From the IMG/VR virus record IMGVR_UViG_3300032665_000019: a stretch of 64,000 nucleotides of DNA; one strand, written 5' to 3'. Each line of letters starts with the position of its first letter. The first letter of the stretch is position 1. A program made the translations under genes and the position numbers. This stretch comes from an uncultured virus (IMG/VR IMGVR_UViG_3300032665_000019). Its lineage: Duplodnaviria; Heunggongvirae; Uroviricota; Caudoviricetes. Positions 21,301-29,473 of this stretch are shown here, one piece after another. The notes below the pieces were generated by a model that was given only the letters and a program-made list of their open reading frames with translations, had not been told where the DNA came from and searched no databases.

Positions 21301-21351
21301 TGATATAGGCATGGTATGATTTTTATCAGGATAAACTTTACTTATTTCCAA
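18310..21351 (-). CDS. Large internal virion/ejection (cargo) protein
   Basis: 1013 aa, helical; C-terminal 'AKRVAKMVNDSYGGINW...LLLLAPDW' resembles LPD38/T7 gp16-like DNA-transfer proteins. Confidence 0.6.
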   Translation of the reverse strand: MEISKVYPDKNHTMPISYKDCDFNILMPDGSMQTFKGHDAFIDHLLSDEGSRRLGLITPIVKAELTPDMMAKDQSLADELGFEHPAQIINSVVKRTGIKYPSISDIPKDVLDQVVADRRQELHDMVSDGIDPADNDARKKVDKFFDSMKLKPGSAYALPIPPPLWNGLVDIVHGAVVGGMKLADAVQKGIDWLKEQGVKDDELDAVHYQLRENTGMNREPKEKMQQYLMDGRTDAQAMSYLTKQGVPKEIALAILGDAKANPIPNKTRVFELEKAIKEHFRLEDEWMGDKDVAKFRAQQEARKFQDAIRASVPKGGGDWKDVDRAIHVYMDLQRNPEHATEFAENLTLKQAKILEMAQNLTPAQKKIADDIKAQYQQVGLQAKNEGLIRDVLDNYVARSWDFEDKSGSTDMFSKLKTSSRHSLERSLDTILEGWAKGYKLKIEGASNNLAALKQEIANVVESRKLLDKGMALRVDTGELDEEGKPVLKPFLTTYAEPGYKKIESPYFKKWEYAGKLEDYEQEEAQLFGRRRDIMVTPEGTVMKKSDVYAPEKVAKSLNNILGKSALSDVPVIKQITEFNRLVKLSILSLSGFHYRAFSLVHLLLGQKGSFPHINPITAYKGGLDLMSQQNPHLEMLVKNGLTISRKQDFDEGISNHISWLDKKLDQLGWPGEMKDKMKGLTEAMHKHLFETYGAGLKAFDGVNMLQKEIAAHPDENPNEVAKRVAKMVNDSYGGINWERMHGTGMQNPTVRHLSSLLLLAPDWTASNLRFAKKAFERGQEGDLYRKAWGRVILRGATLTAVASAGMSFMDERGDETWEQAFTRRYKQAWAQGNLKELMIDISPLYHALGGETDKRAYFSIFGAYTDPLKAVSHPLTYLDNKMSYVFKVGEEALTSENWQKKEFTTLDELTGLDDKGVYTRKHTYKKTGQVYLPGMKEGGKLKGKLTKWAQGGAHPLEYNQLPSFILSQIRGATPVSIQNMWQAASGENDWTYSVLNAVGTGISAVKEKKKGND

Positions 21352-23665
21352 ATAAGTCTATTCCGAAAGTTTTAAGTTTTTTAATTTGCTCAAATGCTTT
21401 TTCCAGCGGCCCCCCGTCACAATGTACACAATCTCCTTCCACTGTCTCTGCTATTTTACTGGCATCTTTTATCGCATCTGCTACTGTATCACCATATCCG
21501 CATACAGAACCTATCTCCTCCATCTCAATGTCACAAGGAATATAATAGGGTATTCTTTCCTTGTACATAAGATTTTTAACCCTAACCCTGTCTTCATATT
21601 CTTTAGGGAAATATACAGCCTGCGGTTCTTCTGTTGCCCAGGAAGATTTAATTATAATCTGTGCTCCGTATTTTGCTATCGGCTTTAGTTCCGGTACAAT
21701 GCCATTAGCCATCTGCCATACCGCCTCTGAAAAGTTTTCATATAACTCCATCTGCAAATCGCCAGGAGGCTGCGGCATGCGGCAATTACCAGACCAAAAT
21801 GGCTTTCCTTTTCTTCTTACATATAGTATGTGGTTTTTCACAGTAACATCATACACCATCCCTTTGTATGGGATTTTTGATATGTAATTATTTTTTCTTG
21901 CAGTTGTTTCAAACCAGTAGTTAGTTTCTTTATTTTCTGTAATTATAATTGAATCATGATTCCTAATATAATTTCCTTTAAGTCCTTTCTGCCTGGTTCC
22001 TTTGACTTTTTTTATAGATATATTAGCTACTCTACCAGCCTTTAACGAAAGCTCCTGTAAGTCATCGGCCATCTTAACAGATGTTGTAAAATACCTAAGT
22101 CTTTCTGTTGCTCCATCTCCTAATCTATAATTGTCTAAAAATATTTGTATTTGCCGCTTGCTTGCATTTTTGATATAGTCAGGAATATACTTTTCATTAC
22201 ATATTCCAAATTGTTTACAGTAAGCTCTTAGTTGAACAGAAGATATTGAAAAATTGTTATTAGAATATGAATATTTAAACCCCAGTTTATCTAATACACA
22301 TTTAACCTCTGATATATTTTTTTTCTGAGATATACTTACGCCATGTTTTGAACAGGAACCTTCAGATAAATACCATGCCATAAAGGCTATCCAGTCGTCC
22401 ATTTTTATTTTTAAAGCAGCATCATGCTTCACTTTTTTACATATAGTGTACCCTCCGCACCTTGAACTATTAAATTCCCATTCTTTTTTATATTCAGGCA
22501 GTTCAAACCATTCAATATCCTTTTCATTCCACACGCCCGTTCTTGGTATGTACCCTTTATCGGTCAACTCGTCTGCTCTTTGGGAAAATATCTTTTTATT
22601 ATGCCTATCAGTTCTCCATACTGAATGATTCGGAGTAACAATACATTCTATTGTTTTTAACTTATTACTAATACATACCATGTCGCCTTCATGGTAATAA
22701 GAAACATTATTGTATGGTACATTGTACTCTATTTGTCTGTTTTCTGGATTCAATGTACAGACTTTTTCTGTCCCATCTAAGTCATAAAAAAACTTCCATC
22801 CTTTATCAGTAAGTACCTCTGTATCGGAAGAAAAACAAGTCGTATCTATAAAATACCCTTGCTTACCTGTCCACCTGACTTCATTTGAAAAAAAACACTT
22901 ATAACCAGTTCCAGCAAACGGGCCTTCCAATGCTTTGTTGATTTGTTTTAACACAGGTGGTAATGATGAGTAAGGGATTACTCCGCCCAGGTATCCACAA
23001 TCTTTCACCTCAACACCTGTTAATGCTATTGATGGGAATTTCCCGTCAATACAAAAGCCATCATACCCTATCTCTACTGCGTCTGGTATCGGTTCTTCTA
23101 CAACAAAGACAGCTTCGTTTTTAAAAGAGCCTAAATCGTGCCTTAATGAATCTAACCTGGATGCTGATAGCTTTTTATTATGCCAGAAAAATGTTTCACC
23201 GTTTCCCCGGATAATAGAAGTCTTGACCCATTTTTCTTCATTCATATTTAAGTATGTTTCCAAAGCTGAGAACCCATAAAGCACTTCATGCTTATTTACG
23301 GGCAAGCCTGCCGCTGCCAAAAACTCTTTAAAATCTTCTCTGTATATTTCCAAATTCTCTCCTGTCCTTGCCCCAAATACCGGTTTACCAAGTGATACCA
23401 TTAAATCGGCTAATGCACCCTGGTATAAGTCAGGTATTACAACCATATCACATTCAGTAAACACTTCGGCCCAATGATCCACTCGCTCTATACCCGGAAC
23501 GCCTATACCAACAGAGTATTGGTTCCACTTAGGAAACCCTGTTTGCCAGTTAGTAGCATAATAAACTTTCTTACAGTCACGCGAAAGCCTTTGTGCGAGA
23601 GATACACTGTTGCCGTAATCAAATACAAGCGCTGTTACTTCTGATATAGGTTTAAGTGGCATCAT
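21338..23665 (-). CDS. PurD-like ATP-grasp amide ligase, interrupted by an intein
   Basis: 'GKPVFG...ENLE..RE.FK...GLP', 'WVK', 'VVEEPI..VEIG.DGF'; spliced junction 'YFIDTT|CRMPQPP' aligns with PurD 'EFNxRFGDPE'. Lacks PurD's GSGGREH motif. Confidence 0.75.
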   Translation of the reverse strand: MMPLKPISEVTALVFDYGNSVSLAQRLSRDCKKVYYATNWQTGFPKWNQYSVGIGVPGIERVDHWAEVFTECDMVVIPDLYQGALADLMVSLGKPVFGARTGENLEIYREDFKEFLAAAGLPVNKHEVLYGFSALETYLNMNEEKWVKTSIIRGNGETFFWHNKKLSASRLDSLRHDLGSFKNEAVFVVEEPIPDAVEIGYDGFCIDGKFPSIALTGVEVKDCGYLGGVIPYSSLPPVLKQINKALEGPFAGTGYKCFFSNEVRWTGKQGYFIDTTCFSSDTEVLTDKGWKFFYDLDGTEKVCTLNPENRQIEYNVPYNNVSYYHEGDMVCISNKLKTIECIVTPNHSVWRTDRHNKKIFSQRADELTDKGYIPRTGVWNEKDIEWFELPEYKKEWEFNSSRCGGYTICKKVKHDAALKIKMDDWIAFMAWYLSEGSCSKHGVSISQKKNISEVKCVLDKLGFKYSYSNNNFSISSVQLRAYCKQFGICNEKYIPDYIKNASKRQIQIFLDNYRLGDGATERLRYFTTSVKMADDLQELSLKAGRVANISIKKVKGTRQKGLKGNYIRNHDSIIITENKETNYWFETTARKNNYISKIPYKGMVYDVTVKNHILYVRRKGKPFWSGNCRMPQPPGDLQMELYENFSEAVWQMANGIVPELKPIAKYGAQIIIKSSWATEEPQAVYFPKEYEDRVRVKNLMYKERIPYYIPCDIEMEEIGSVCGYGDTVADAIKDASKIAETVEGDCVHCDGGPLEKAFEQIKKLKTFGIDLFGNK
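21785..22837 (-). mobile_element. Intein (351 aa) with LAGLIDADG homing endonuclease
   Basis: Block A CFSSDTEVLT, block B VTPNH, blocks C/E 'FMAWYLSEG'/'FLDNYRLGDG', block F 'VYDVTV', ends WSGN with Cys at +1; more AT-rich than the exteins. Confidence 0.93.
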
Positions 23666-24069
23666 AAATTATTTACATAGTTGTCATAATCAGTCCATGA
23701 TATTCCAGCCATCGCGCACATTTGCATTTCAATGGAAGTGGCTAATGTGTGCTCTTTTAGGTACGGGCAGTTATTGTCGAACCCAGGCTCTGAAAACTCG
23801 TCAACTAAGCCTTGCTCCCTTCTTTTTTCGTAATACAAATCAAAGTCCGTTATATGCTGCTCACTCAACCCCCTAAATTTAGTCAATGCTTCCTCAACGA
23901 GTTCATGTATCACAACCATTTTATGATACAACTCCGCTAATTTCTCAGCCCCCGCAGTACTCATATCAGATATTCTCACCTGTAGCGCACCCAAATCATC
24001 ATAGAAATAATCTCCAACGGTAGGGTATCGTTGGTTACTCCCTGGTATTGTTTTAATATGAATTTCCAT
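23662..24069 (-). CDS. Small zincin-like metallo-protein
   Basis: 'VIHELVE' plus distal 'PYLKEHTLATSIE'; ATGA-coupled to the ATP-grasp gene. Confidence 0.55.
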   Translation of the reverse strand: MEIHIKTIPGSNQRYPTVGDYFYDDLGALQVRISDMSTAGAEKLAELYHKMVVIHELVEEALTKFRGLSEQHITDFDLYYEKRREQGLVDEFSEPGFDNNCPYLKEHTLATSIEMQMCAMAGISWTDYDNYVNNL

Positions 24070-24071
24070 AG

Positions 24072-27000
24072 TTATGCTGTTGTATTATATTTACCTTTTT
24101 CTGAAAGAGATACACTATTCATTAATTGAATTATAGCTTCGTCAGAATATACCTGTCTTAATTGCTGCATAGGCAACTCATCCTTTAATTTATCTAAATG
24201 TTTCTGGTCAAAATCTTCTTTAGTAGCGTCATATATTTTATTGAAGTCACCCAAATACCTTATTTGATTAAGTCTTGCCCTTGTTTCTGTTGGTCTTTTT
24301 ATATACTCATTCATATCGCCTTTAGCACTTGGGTTTGCAAGACTAATTATTAATTCTTTATCTTTTTCAGGGATAAGAGTTTTTTCTTCGTCTGATCCCT
24401 CTTGTGCGTGCGAATATTCATGAGCTAATACGCTAACGGCTTTTTCAGGTGTTGGTATATTTTTGTTTGATAATTGACTTGTATTTATTAACACCTTCCC
24501 GCCTGTAAACTCTCCACCAATAGATTCTCCTAAATCAGTAGAAAAAGCAGGAGTGCTTTGTATGTTTTTAAATCTTTTTACAGCATATTCTTTTGTCTGT
24601 TGATCCGTAGCACCTGTCCCTGATTTTTTTAATATATTTAGAATCCTAGGAGAAAACATTAATTTCCTAAAGTACTCTTTAACATCGCTAGTGTATATTT
24701 CTGGAACAGGAGTTTCTGTATTTGTATTTGACTTATACATTCCTCCTTCTCCTGCTTTTTCTGGCATTACAGGCAATGATTTTACAATATTGCTTATTTT
24801 ATCATGATTACCTGTATCCAGTAAATCTAATACTCTTTCTCTCATTTTTTTAGGGATAATAGCTTCTGATCCTAAATTATTTTTTATTTTTAATTCTTGT
24901 CCTTCAGCTTCTATTTTCTGACCTTTTATGGTAACGTCTACGCCTCCATTATAATGAGAGTCTCCTTTAATATCTTTTACTATTTCCCATTTCCCACTAG
25001 AATTATTTGTTTTAATTCCGTCCTTCGCTTTGAATAAGTTTTTAAAGCTCAATCTCTTTTTTGCGCCCGGGGGACATTTTATTGTCAACTTACCCTCATC
25101 TTCCAGTTTCTTCCGTATCTCGTTTGAATCCATCCCGTATTTTTTAATTAACTCCTTCTGCCTGGATAAATGGTCCGCTTCCTGGTGCGATTCAGGTGTA
25201 TCCGTTTTCCTTAACTCAGCTATTTTATCGTCAAGTTTTGCTATCCGGGGGTTAGTGTCCGGCTTAGGCTCAGATTCGTTTTTCGGCACATCTACCGACT
25301 TTACACCTTTATCTTCTACCGCCTGCCTGTTTTCTGACCGGTCATCTACAAATATATCACTATCCTTCCCACCACGACTTTCGATGTATGCAGATTTTCC
25401 TTCCGGCGTAGCTATACCAGTAGCTACATTTTCTTCTGGTATGCCAATTTCTTTTGCAATTCTTTTCGCTCTTTCTGCATCTGGATTGCGCGATACAATA
25501 TGAACATCACCAGGATTTAATTCGCCACTAGCGATTTGCGCTTTCACTTCTTCTCCCCACGGAGTAAGGCTATCATCCGTATCACTGGTGACAAGTGTAT
25601 GGTCTAAATCAGTAAATACTCGTTGAGGTTCTGGATTGGTGCCAGCTACTGCGTGCAATGGCTCTAAAGCAACTTGCACATGATTACTGGCCGTGTCAGG
25701 ATTGTTAACGACTTCATGTAATTTTTTCTGAGCCGCTTCAATTTTATCATTTAATACCGCATGTAATTCAGGTAATGCTTCTGCTCTTTGTGCTTTTAAA
25801 TTTTCAATATCACTTACTATCATTGCCTGAGCTGCGTGCTGATCTTCAGTTACTGACGGCAATAACCCAGATTTGTTCCGTGAGTATTCTGATAGTAAAT
25901 CGTGCGCCTTGGTAATCTGACTTAAAGCATATCCGGCTTTCTGGTCCCCATTCCCCGCGTCCAGTAGTAACTTTTTACGAGCCATATCCAATGCGTCTAA
26001 TGTTTCCTGCGGAGCATCCTGAAACGCTTTATATAACAATGGCCTGGCATTTGCAATCTCGCCTACCTTTCCTATTCTTTGGAATAAGTAAGCCATAACC
26101 CCCATGCCTGCCATGGATTGAGTAAGTTTTGTTGGCTCTAATGTTTCAAACTTAGTCCCCTTGCTTTTATTGTATTGAGAGTTTACCACTGAATTAGCAA
26201 TATCCATAGCTGCAGCCTGAGCAGTGGCGATACCCATTTCAGTAATATCTTTCCCTGTAGGGACGAGTATCTTGGTCGCATAGTCGAGTATTGACTTTTT
26301 ACTGAACGCATTTTTTATCAACCCTTCTAATCCTACACTAGGTCTGATTAGCGAACCCGGTAATTGCAGTCTCATCGCTGCGGCCGTTACTAGCCCATTA
26401 AGCATGCCGTAGGTGTCTGCCTGGCGAGTATTTAATCCCTGCTTTATCGCTTCATCACGGGCTTCCTGTCCGGCCATAGCACCAAAAGCGATTAACTCTG
26501 CCGGAGCACCACCTGCCGCACCTGCTAACATAGCCGGTACCATGCTGCCTACCATCTTGGCCCCACCATCCAAAGAATTTAAAAATGTATTCACCCTGGA
26601 AGTAGCTGGTCTGTTTGGTGTTAAAAATTCAGGCATAAGGTCCGGCCTGCCGGAGCCTGGAAGATTAGATGCGATTGCTCTTTTCCCTGATTCATCTCTT
26701 GCAAAAAACATAGCTATATTCTCTGCGCCCTTAACTGCCGCGCCAGTAAGTCCTCGGCCAAGCGAAGTAGCACTTCCAGACGCATTTAATTCTGCCTGCT
26801 TTTGCTCTGATTCTTTTACTTTAGGGAAATAATTAGGGACACGATTTAATAACTCACGACCCTTTTGTTGTAATAGATAAGTATTTAATTCTGACTGCTT
26901 ATCAGGGTCATTGAATGTATTAAGAGATTGTGCTACCGACTTTAACGCGCTGGCATATCCAGCCCTGTTTGCGATATATTGCCCCCACTCCTTAGTCCCT

Positions 27001-28313
27001 TTCCCTGTCTCGGCTATCCGGTTTGAAACCAACTGGTTTAGTTCTCTGTATCTCTGTGTATCAGATTCTGTAACATCACGAGGATTAACTGCCATTTTAG
27101 ATTCCAAAGCAGCTAACTCCATATATTCTGGTTGGTCGCCAGCAGCCAGCTTCATCTGAGCGGCTAATTTCCCCTGCTTAATGCCGTAGTCCTGAGCGAT
27201 TGCTTTTAATCTGCTCGCAGCATCCGCAGACTGCCTTACGTCGGGAGATATTTCTGTATCCAATTTATATACCCTGAATACAGCTTTTGCAAACATATCA
27301 CTTTGGTCGAATTGATTTACTACCTGGTTACCTGCTGCATTGTCTAATTCATCCTTGAAGGCATTGAATAACTTTTCGTTACCCATAAATAATTTTGCAA
27401 GTGCCGGATTTTCTGTAAGCGCATCTTTAACCCTGGCAGCGGTAGGGTATCTTCTCCATACTTCACTCGCCTCTCGCTCCTGCATCTCTGGCGTAACCTC
27501 CCTGGTATCCTTACTGAAAGCCTGGGCTCCTGACTGTTCTTTTACCCAACTTTGCGCATCCTTATCTGTTACAGGAGATTTCAATCCTTGCACCTCTACA
27601 TCTGGCAATTCCCCTATATCTCTGCCTGCCTCTGCTAATTTTTTAAATGGAGTAAAAGCCATAGGCAAAACCTTGCCGGCTTTTTCATCGTATCGCATCT
27701 GCAGGTACTGGCCATCCCAGTCTTCACCGTTGTCTGATTTTAACCGGTTATACCATGAACTGCTATTAGTTTTAAAATCATCATCCACCTTAATCATAGT
27801 ACCAGCAGGAACAGTCTTCCCTTTTAATTCAGACCACGATGGCACCTTGCCTTTTAATGTATATTCTTTATCAAGAGATTCAATATCTTTAAGCTGCTCA
27901 GTAGTGAGATTTACTTCACTTGTAATACCCTCTGGCGATACTATAGTTATACCGCCATACTGATTATAATAAGATTCAGCTTTAGGTGCAATTGCATTTA
28001 TTGGAGATTGAGATTGTAATGAAAGTAAACTTTCAAAATCATTTTCTGACTTCAAATTCCTGTAATCTTCCAAAACCTTAGTTGCAGATTTAACTACAAA
28101 GTCTGATCCTTCAAAAGGCTTAACTTCAGGAGTCACGCTTTCTGCGCCTGTAATTTCTGGTACAGGTCTTTTATTATATTCAGGAATTTCTGGTATCGCG
28201 CTTTCCTGTCTCACCGGCATCTGCGTTTGAGAACCGGTGTTCCACAGGTAATTATCAGTAGCTGGTGAAGCTGCTTCCAGTGGTTGCGATGGTATCTGAT
28301 TTTTATCAGGCAT
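24072..28313 (-). CDS. Large polyvalent internal virion protein (helical/TM region, HAD-like phosphatase domain, C-terminal zincin)
   Basis: HAD motifs 'VFTDLDHTL', 'IVSRN', 'K', 'FVDDRSEN'; 'GDSHYNGGVDV...EAEG' module; zincin 'LAHEYSHA...PTETRAR'. Confidence 0.7.
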   Translation of the reverse strand: MPDKNQIPSQPLEAASPATDNYLWNTGSQTQMPVRQESAIPEIPEYNKRPVPEITGAESVTPEVKPFEGSDFVVKSATKVLEDYRNLKSENDFESLLSLQSQSPINAIAPKAESYYNQYGGITIVSPEGITSEVNLTTEQLKDIESLDKEYTLKGKVPSWSELKGKTVPAGTMIKVDDDFKTNSSSWYNRLKSDNGEDWDGQYLQMRYDEKAGKVLPMAFTPFKKLAEAGRDIGELPDVEVQGLKSPVTDKDAQSWVKEQSGAQAFSKDTREVTPEMQEREASEVWRRYPTAARVKDALTENPALAKLFMGNEKLFNAFKDELDNAAGNQVVNQFDQSDMFAKAVFRVYKLDTEISPDVRQSADAASRLKAIAQDYGIKQGKLAAQMKLAAGDQPEYMELAALESKMAVNPRDVTESDTQRYRELNQLVSNRIAETGKGTKEWGQYIANRAGYASALKSVAQSLNTFNDPDKQSELNTYLLQQKGRELLNRVPNYFPKVKESEQKQAELNASGSATSLGRGLTGAAVKGAENIAMFFARDESGKRAIASNLPGSGRPDLMPEFLTPNRPATSRVNTFLNSLDGGAKMVGSMVPAMLAGAAGGAPAELIAFGAMAGQEARDEAIKQGLNTRQADTYGMLNGLVTAAAMRLQLPGSLIRPSVGLEGLIKNAFSKKSILDYATKILVPTGKDITEMGIATAQAAAMDIANSVVNSQYNKSKGTKFETLEPTKLTQSMAGMGVMAYLFQRIGKVGEIANARPLLYKAFQDAPQETLDALDMARKKLLLDAGNGDQKAGYALSQITKAHDLLSEYSRNKSGLLPSVTEDQHAAQAMIVSDIENLKAQRAEALPELHAVLNDKIEAAQKKLHEVVNNPDTASNHVQVALEPLHAVAGTNPEPQRVFTDLDHTLVTSDTDDSLTPWGEEVKAQIASGELNPGDVHIVSRNPDAERAKRIAKEIGIPEENVATGIATPEGKSAYIESRGGKDSDIFVDDRSENRQAVEDKGVKSVDVPKNESEPKPDTNPRIAKLDDKIAELRKTDTPESHQEADHLSRQKELIKKYGMDSNEIRKKLEDEGKLTIKCPPGAKKRLSFKNLFKAKDGIKTNNSSGKWEIVKDIKGDSHYNGGVDVTIKGQKIEAEGQELKIKNNLGSEAIIPKKMRERVLDLLDTGNHDKISNIVKSLPVMPEKAGEGGMYKSNTNTETPVPEIYTSDVKEYFRKLMFSPRILNILKKSGTGATDQQTKEYAVKRFKNIQSTPAFSTDLGESIGGEFTGGKVLINTSQLSNKNIPTPEKAVSVLAHEYSHAQEGSDEEKTLIPEKDKELIISLANPSAKGDMNEYIKRPTETRARLNQIRYLGDFNKIYDATKEDFDQKHLDKLKDELPMQQLRQVYSDEAIIQLMNSVSLSEKGKYNTTA

Positions 28314-28334
28314 GAAAATAAATTAATTTCATAC

Positions 28335-28342
28335 CAAATATA
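28335..28342 (-). promoter_or_regulatory. Bacteroidota -7 promoter box (TATATTTG)
   Basis: Exact TAnnTTTG 21 nt upstream of the ATG at 28313. Confidence 0.55.
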
Positions 28343-28432
28343 AGAATAAAGAAATTAAATACATGGAACCGTTAAGCCAGCTCAGTTAATCCTTCGGATT
28401 GCTACGCTCGCCTCGGAGTGATGATTTCTGAC

Positions 28433-28566
28433 GTATCTTTATTTTCAGAACAGATTTTAAAATTACATAAACACAGGACATGATGGCATTTTAAAAACCT
28501 TATAATTAGACGTTATATTAAGTAAATTATAGCAACTTAGTTCATTTTTTAAATTAGATAGAAAAA
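28433..28566. repeat. Left arm of a long imperfect inverted repeat
   Basis: Blocks 28433-28464 (32/32), 28467-28482 (16/16), 28488-28506 (19/19) and 28542-28566 (23/25) are reverse complements of right-arm blocks. Confidence 0.95.
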
Positions 28567-28612
28567 CCCACGCTTCTGTTTTTTATCGTAGCGGATTAAT
28601 TATCTTAGAGGA

Positions 28613-28864
28613 ATGAAAAATGTTAAACACTGGCAAAAGATTGCTATTGTAATTGTCGTTATAATGGCCTTGCTAAATCCTAGTATTAAAAATTTTAAAG
28701 AGGATAAAGGCGTGCTACCTCCTTTACATCAAGGTGCTTTTTATGTAAATGACAATACTCCTACACGAAAAGTGAACTTAATCATAGCGTCCGTTATAGA
28801 ATATGACGGGGTTTATTACTTAGGAATTGTCAAAAACTTTATACCAATTTATACTAAAAGGTAA
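28613..28864 (+). CDS. Small membrane-anchored protein, DUF4359-like
   Basis: N-terminal TM then 'LLNPS...VNLIIASV...YLGIVKNFI'; antisense to the structural operon. Confidence 0.6.
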   Translation: MKNVKHWQKIAIVIVVIMALLNPSIKNFKEDKGVLPPLHQGAFYVNDNTPTRKVNLIIASVIEYDGVYYLGIVKNFIPIYTKR

Positions 28865-28867
28865 ATT

Positions 28868-29137
28868 ATGATAAACGACAACCTATTACATGGTGGATGG
28901 AAATCATTAGACGAAAATACTGTATTGTGGTTTACCCTTTCCGATGATAATTTTAAAACAGGAATATGTATATCAACTAGCGGCAAAGAAAAAATTAAGC
29001 ATAAATCAAATTATGAAATACTTCCTAACGATAAAATAAAAATAGATGATTACGTTTATCACGTGAGAGAGCTTACACAGTTTTCTCTAAAGCTAACATC
29101 GTCAGACGATACGCTTCTTATCTTCGACAAGATTTGA
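28868..29137 (+). CDS. Small lipocalin-like beta-barrel protein
   Basis: 'LLHGGWK...F...Y.I...KIKI...YHVRELT..SLKL...LIFDK' pattern; 3 nt after the previous gene. Confidence 0.5.
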   Translation: MINDNLLHGGWKSLDENTVLWFTLSDDNFKTGICISTSGKEKIKHKSNYEILPNDKIKIDDYVYHVRELTQFSLKLTSSDDTLLIFDKI

Positions 29138-29270
29138 TTATATTCTTTGACAAGAAGAAGAAACTTTTCACCTGATCCATGAGCAGGTAAACTAACTATA
29201 TCTTCATGTACCTCTTTAAGGCTTCTACCGCGAGTCTCCTCGTCGGCTCCGCCTCCGTTAGCCTTAATAT

Positions 29271-29467
29271 TTTTTCTACCTAGTTTAAAAAATGATTTAA
29301 AATAGGATATAATTAACTTATACATAACGCAAGTACATTATAAGGTTTTTAAAATACTCTAATAATCTTTAGGCATGTCCTGTGTTTATTGCGATTTTAT
29401 TGCTACACACAAAACAACACACAACATAAAATCGCAATTTTAAAATCTGTTCTGAAAATAAAGATAC
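29271..29467. repeat. Right arm of the long imperfect inverted repeat, with an internal 13-bp hairpin
   Basis: Blocks 29436-29467, 29374-29389, 29337-29355, 29271-29295; extra stem ATTGCGATTTTAT (29388-29400)/ATAAAATCGCAAT (29426-29438). Confidence 0.95.
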
Positions 29468-29473
29468 TAATTT

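Noticed and set aside
21338..23665. Calling the ATP-grasp gene purD (auxiliary metabolic gene)
   Set aside because: Lacks the GSGGREH motif and PurD C-terminal signatures, and there is no purine-pathway context.
28365..28432. tRNA-like 'AGCTCAGTT' and box C/D-like 'GTGATGA..CTGA' words
   Set aside because: No cloverleaf, T-loop or acceptor stem; short C/D words are expected by chance and have no context in a bacterial phage.
29059..29325. 88-aa (-) ORF as a transposase or recombinase for the cassette
   Set aside because: Overlaps the repeat arm and the lipocalin-like gene, with no catalytic motifs.
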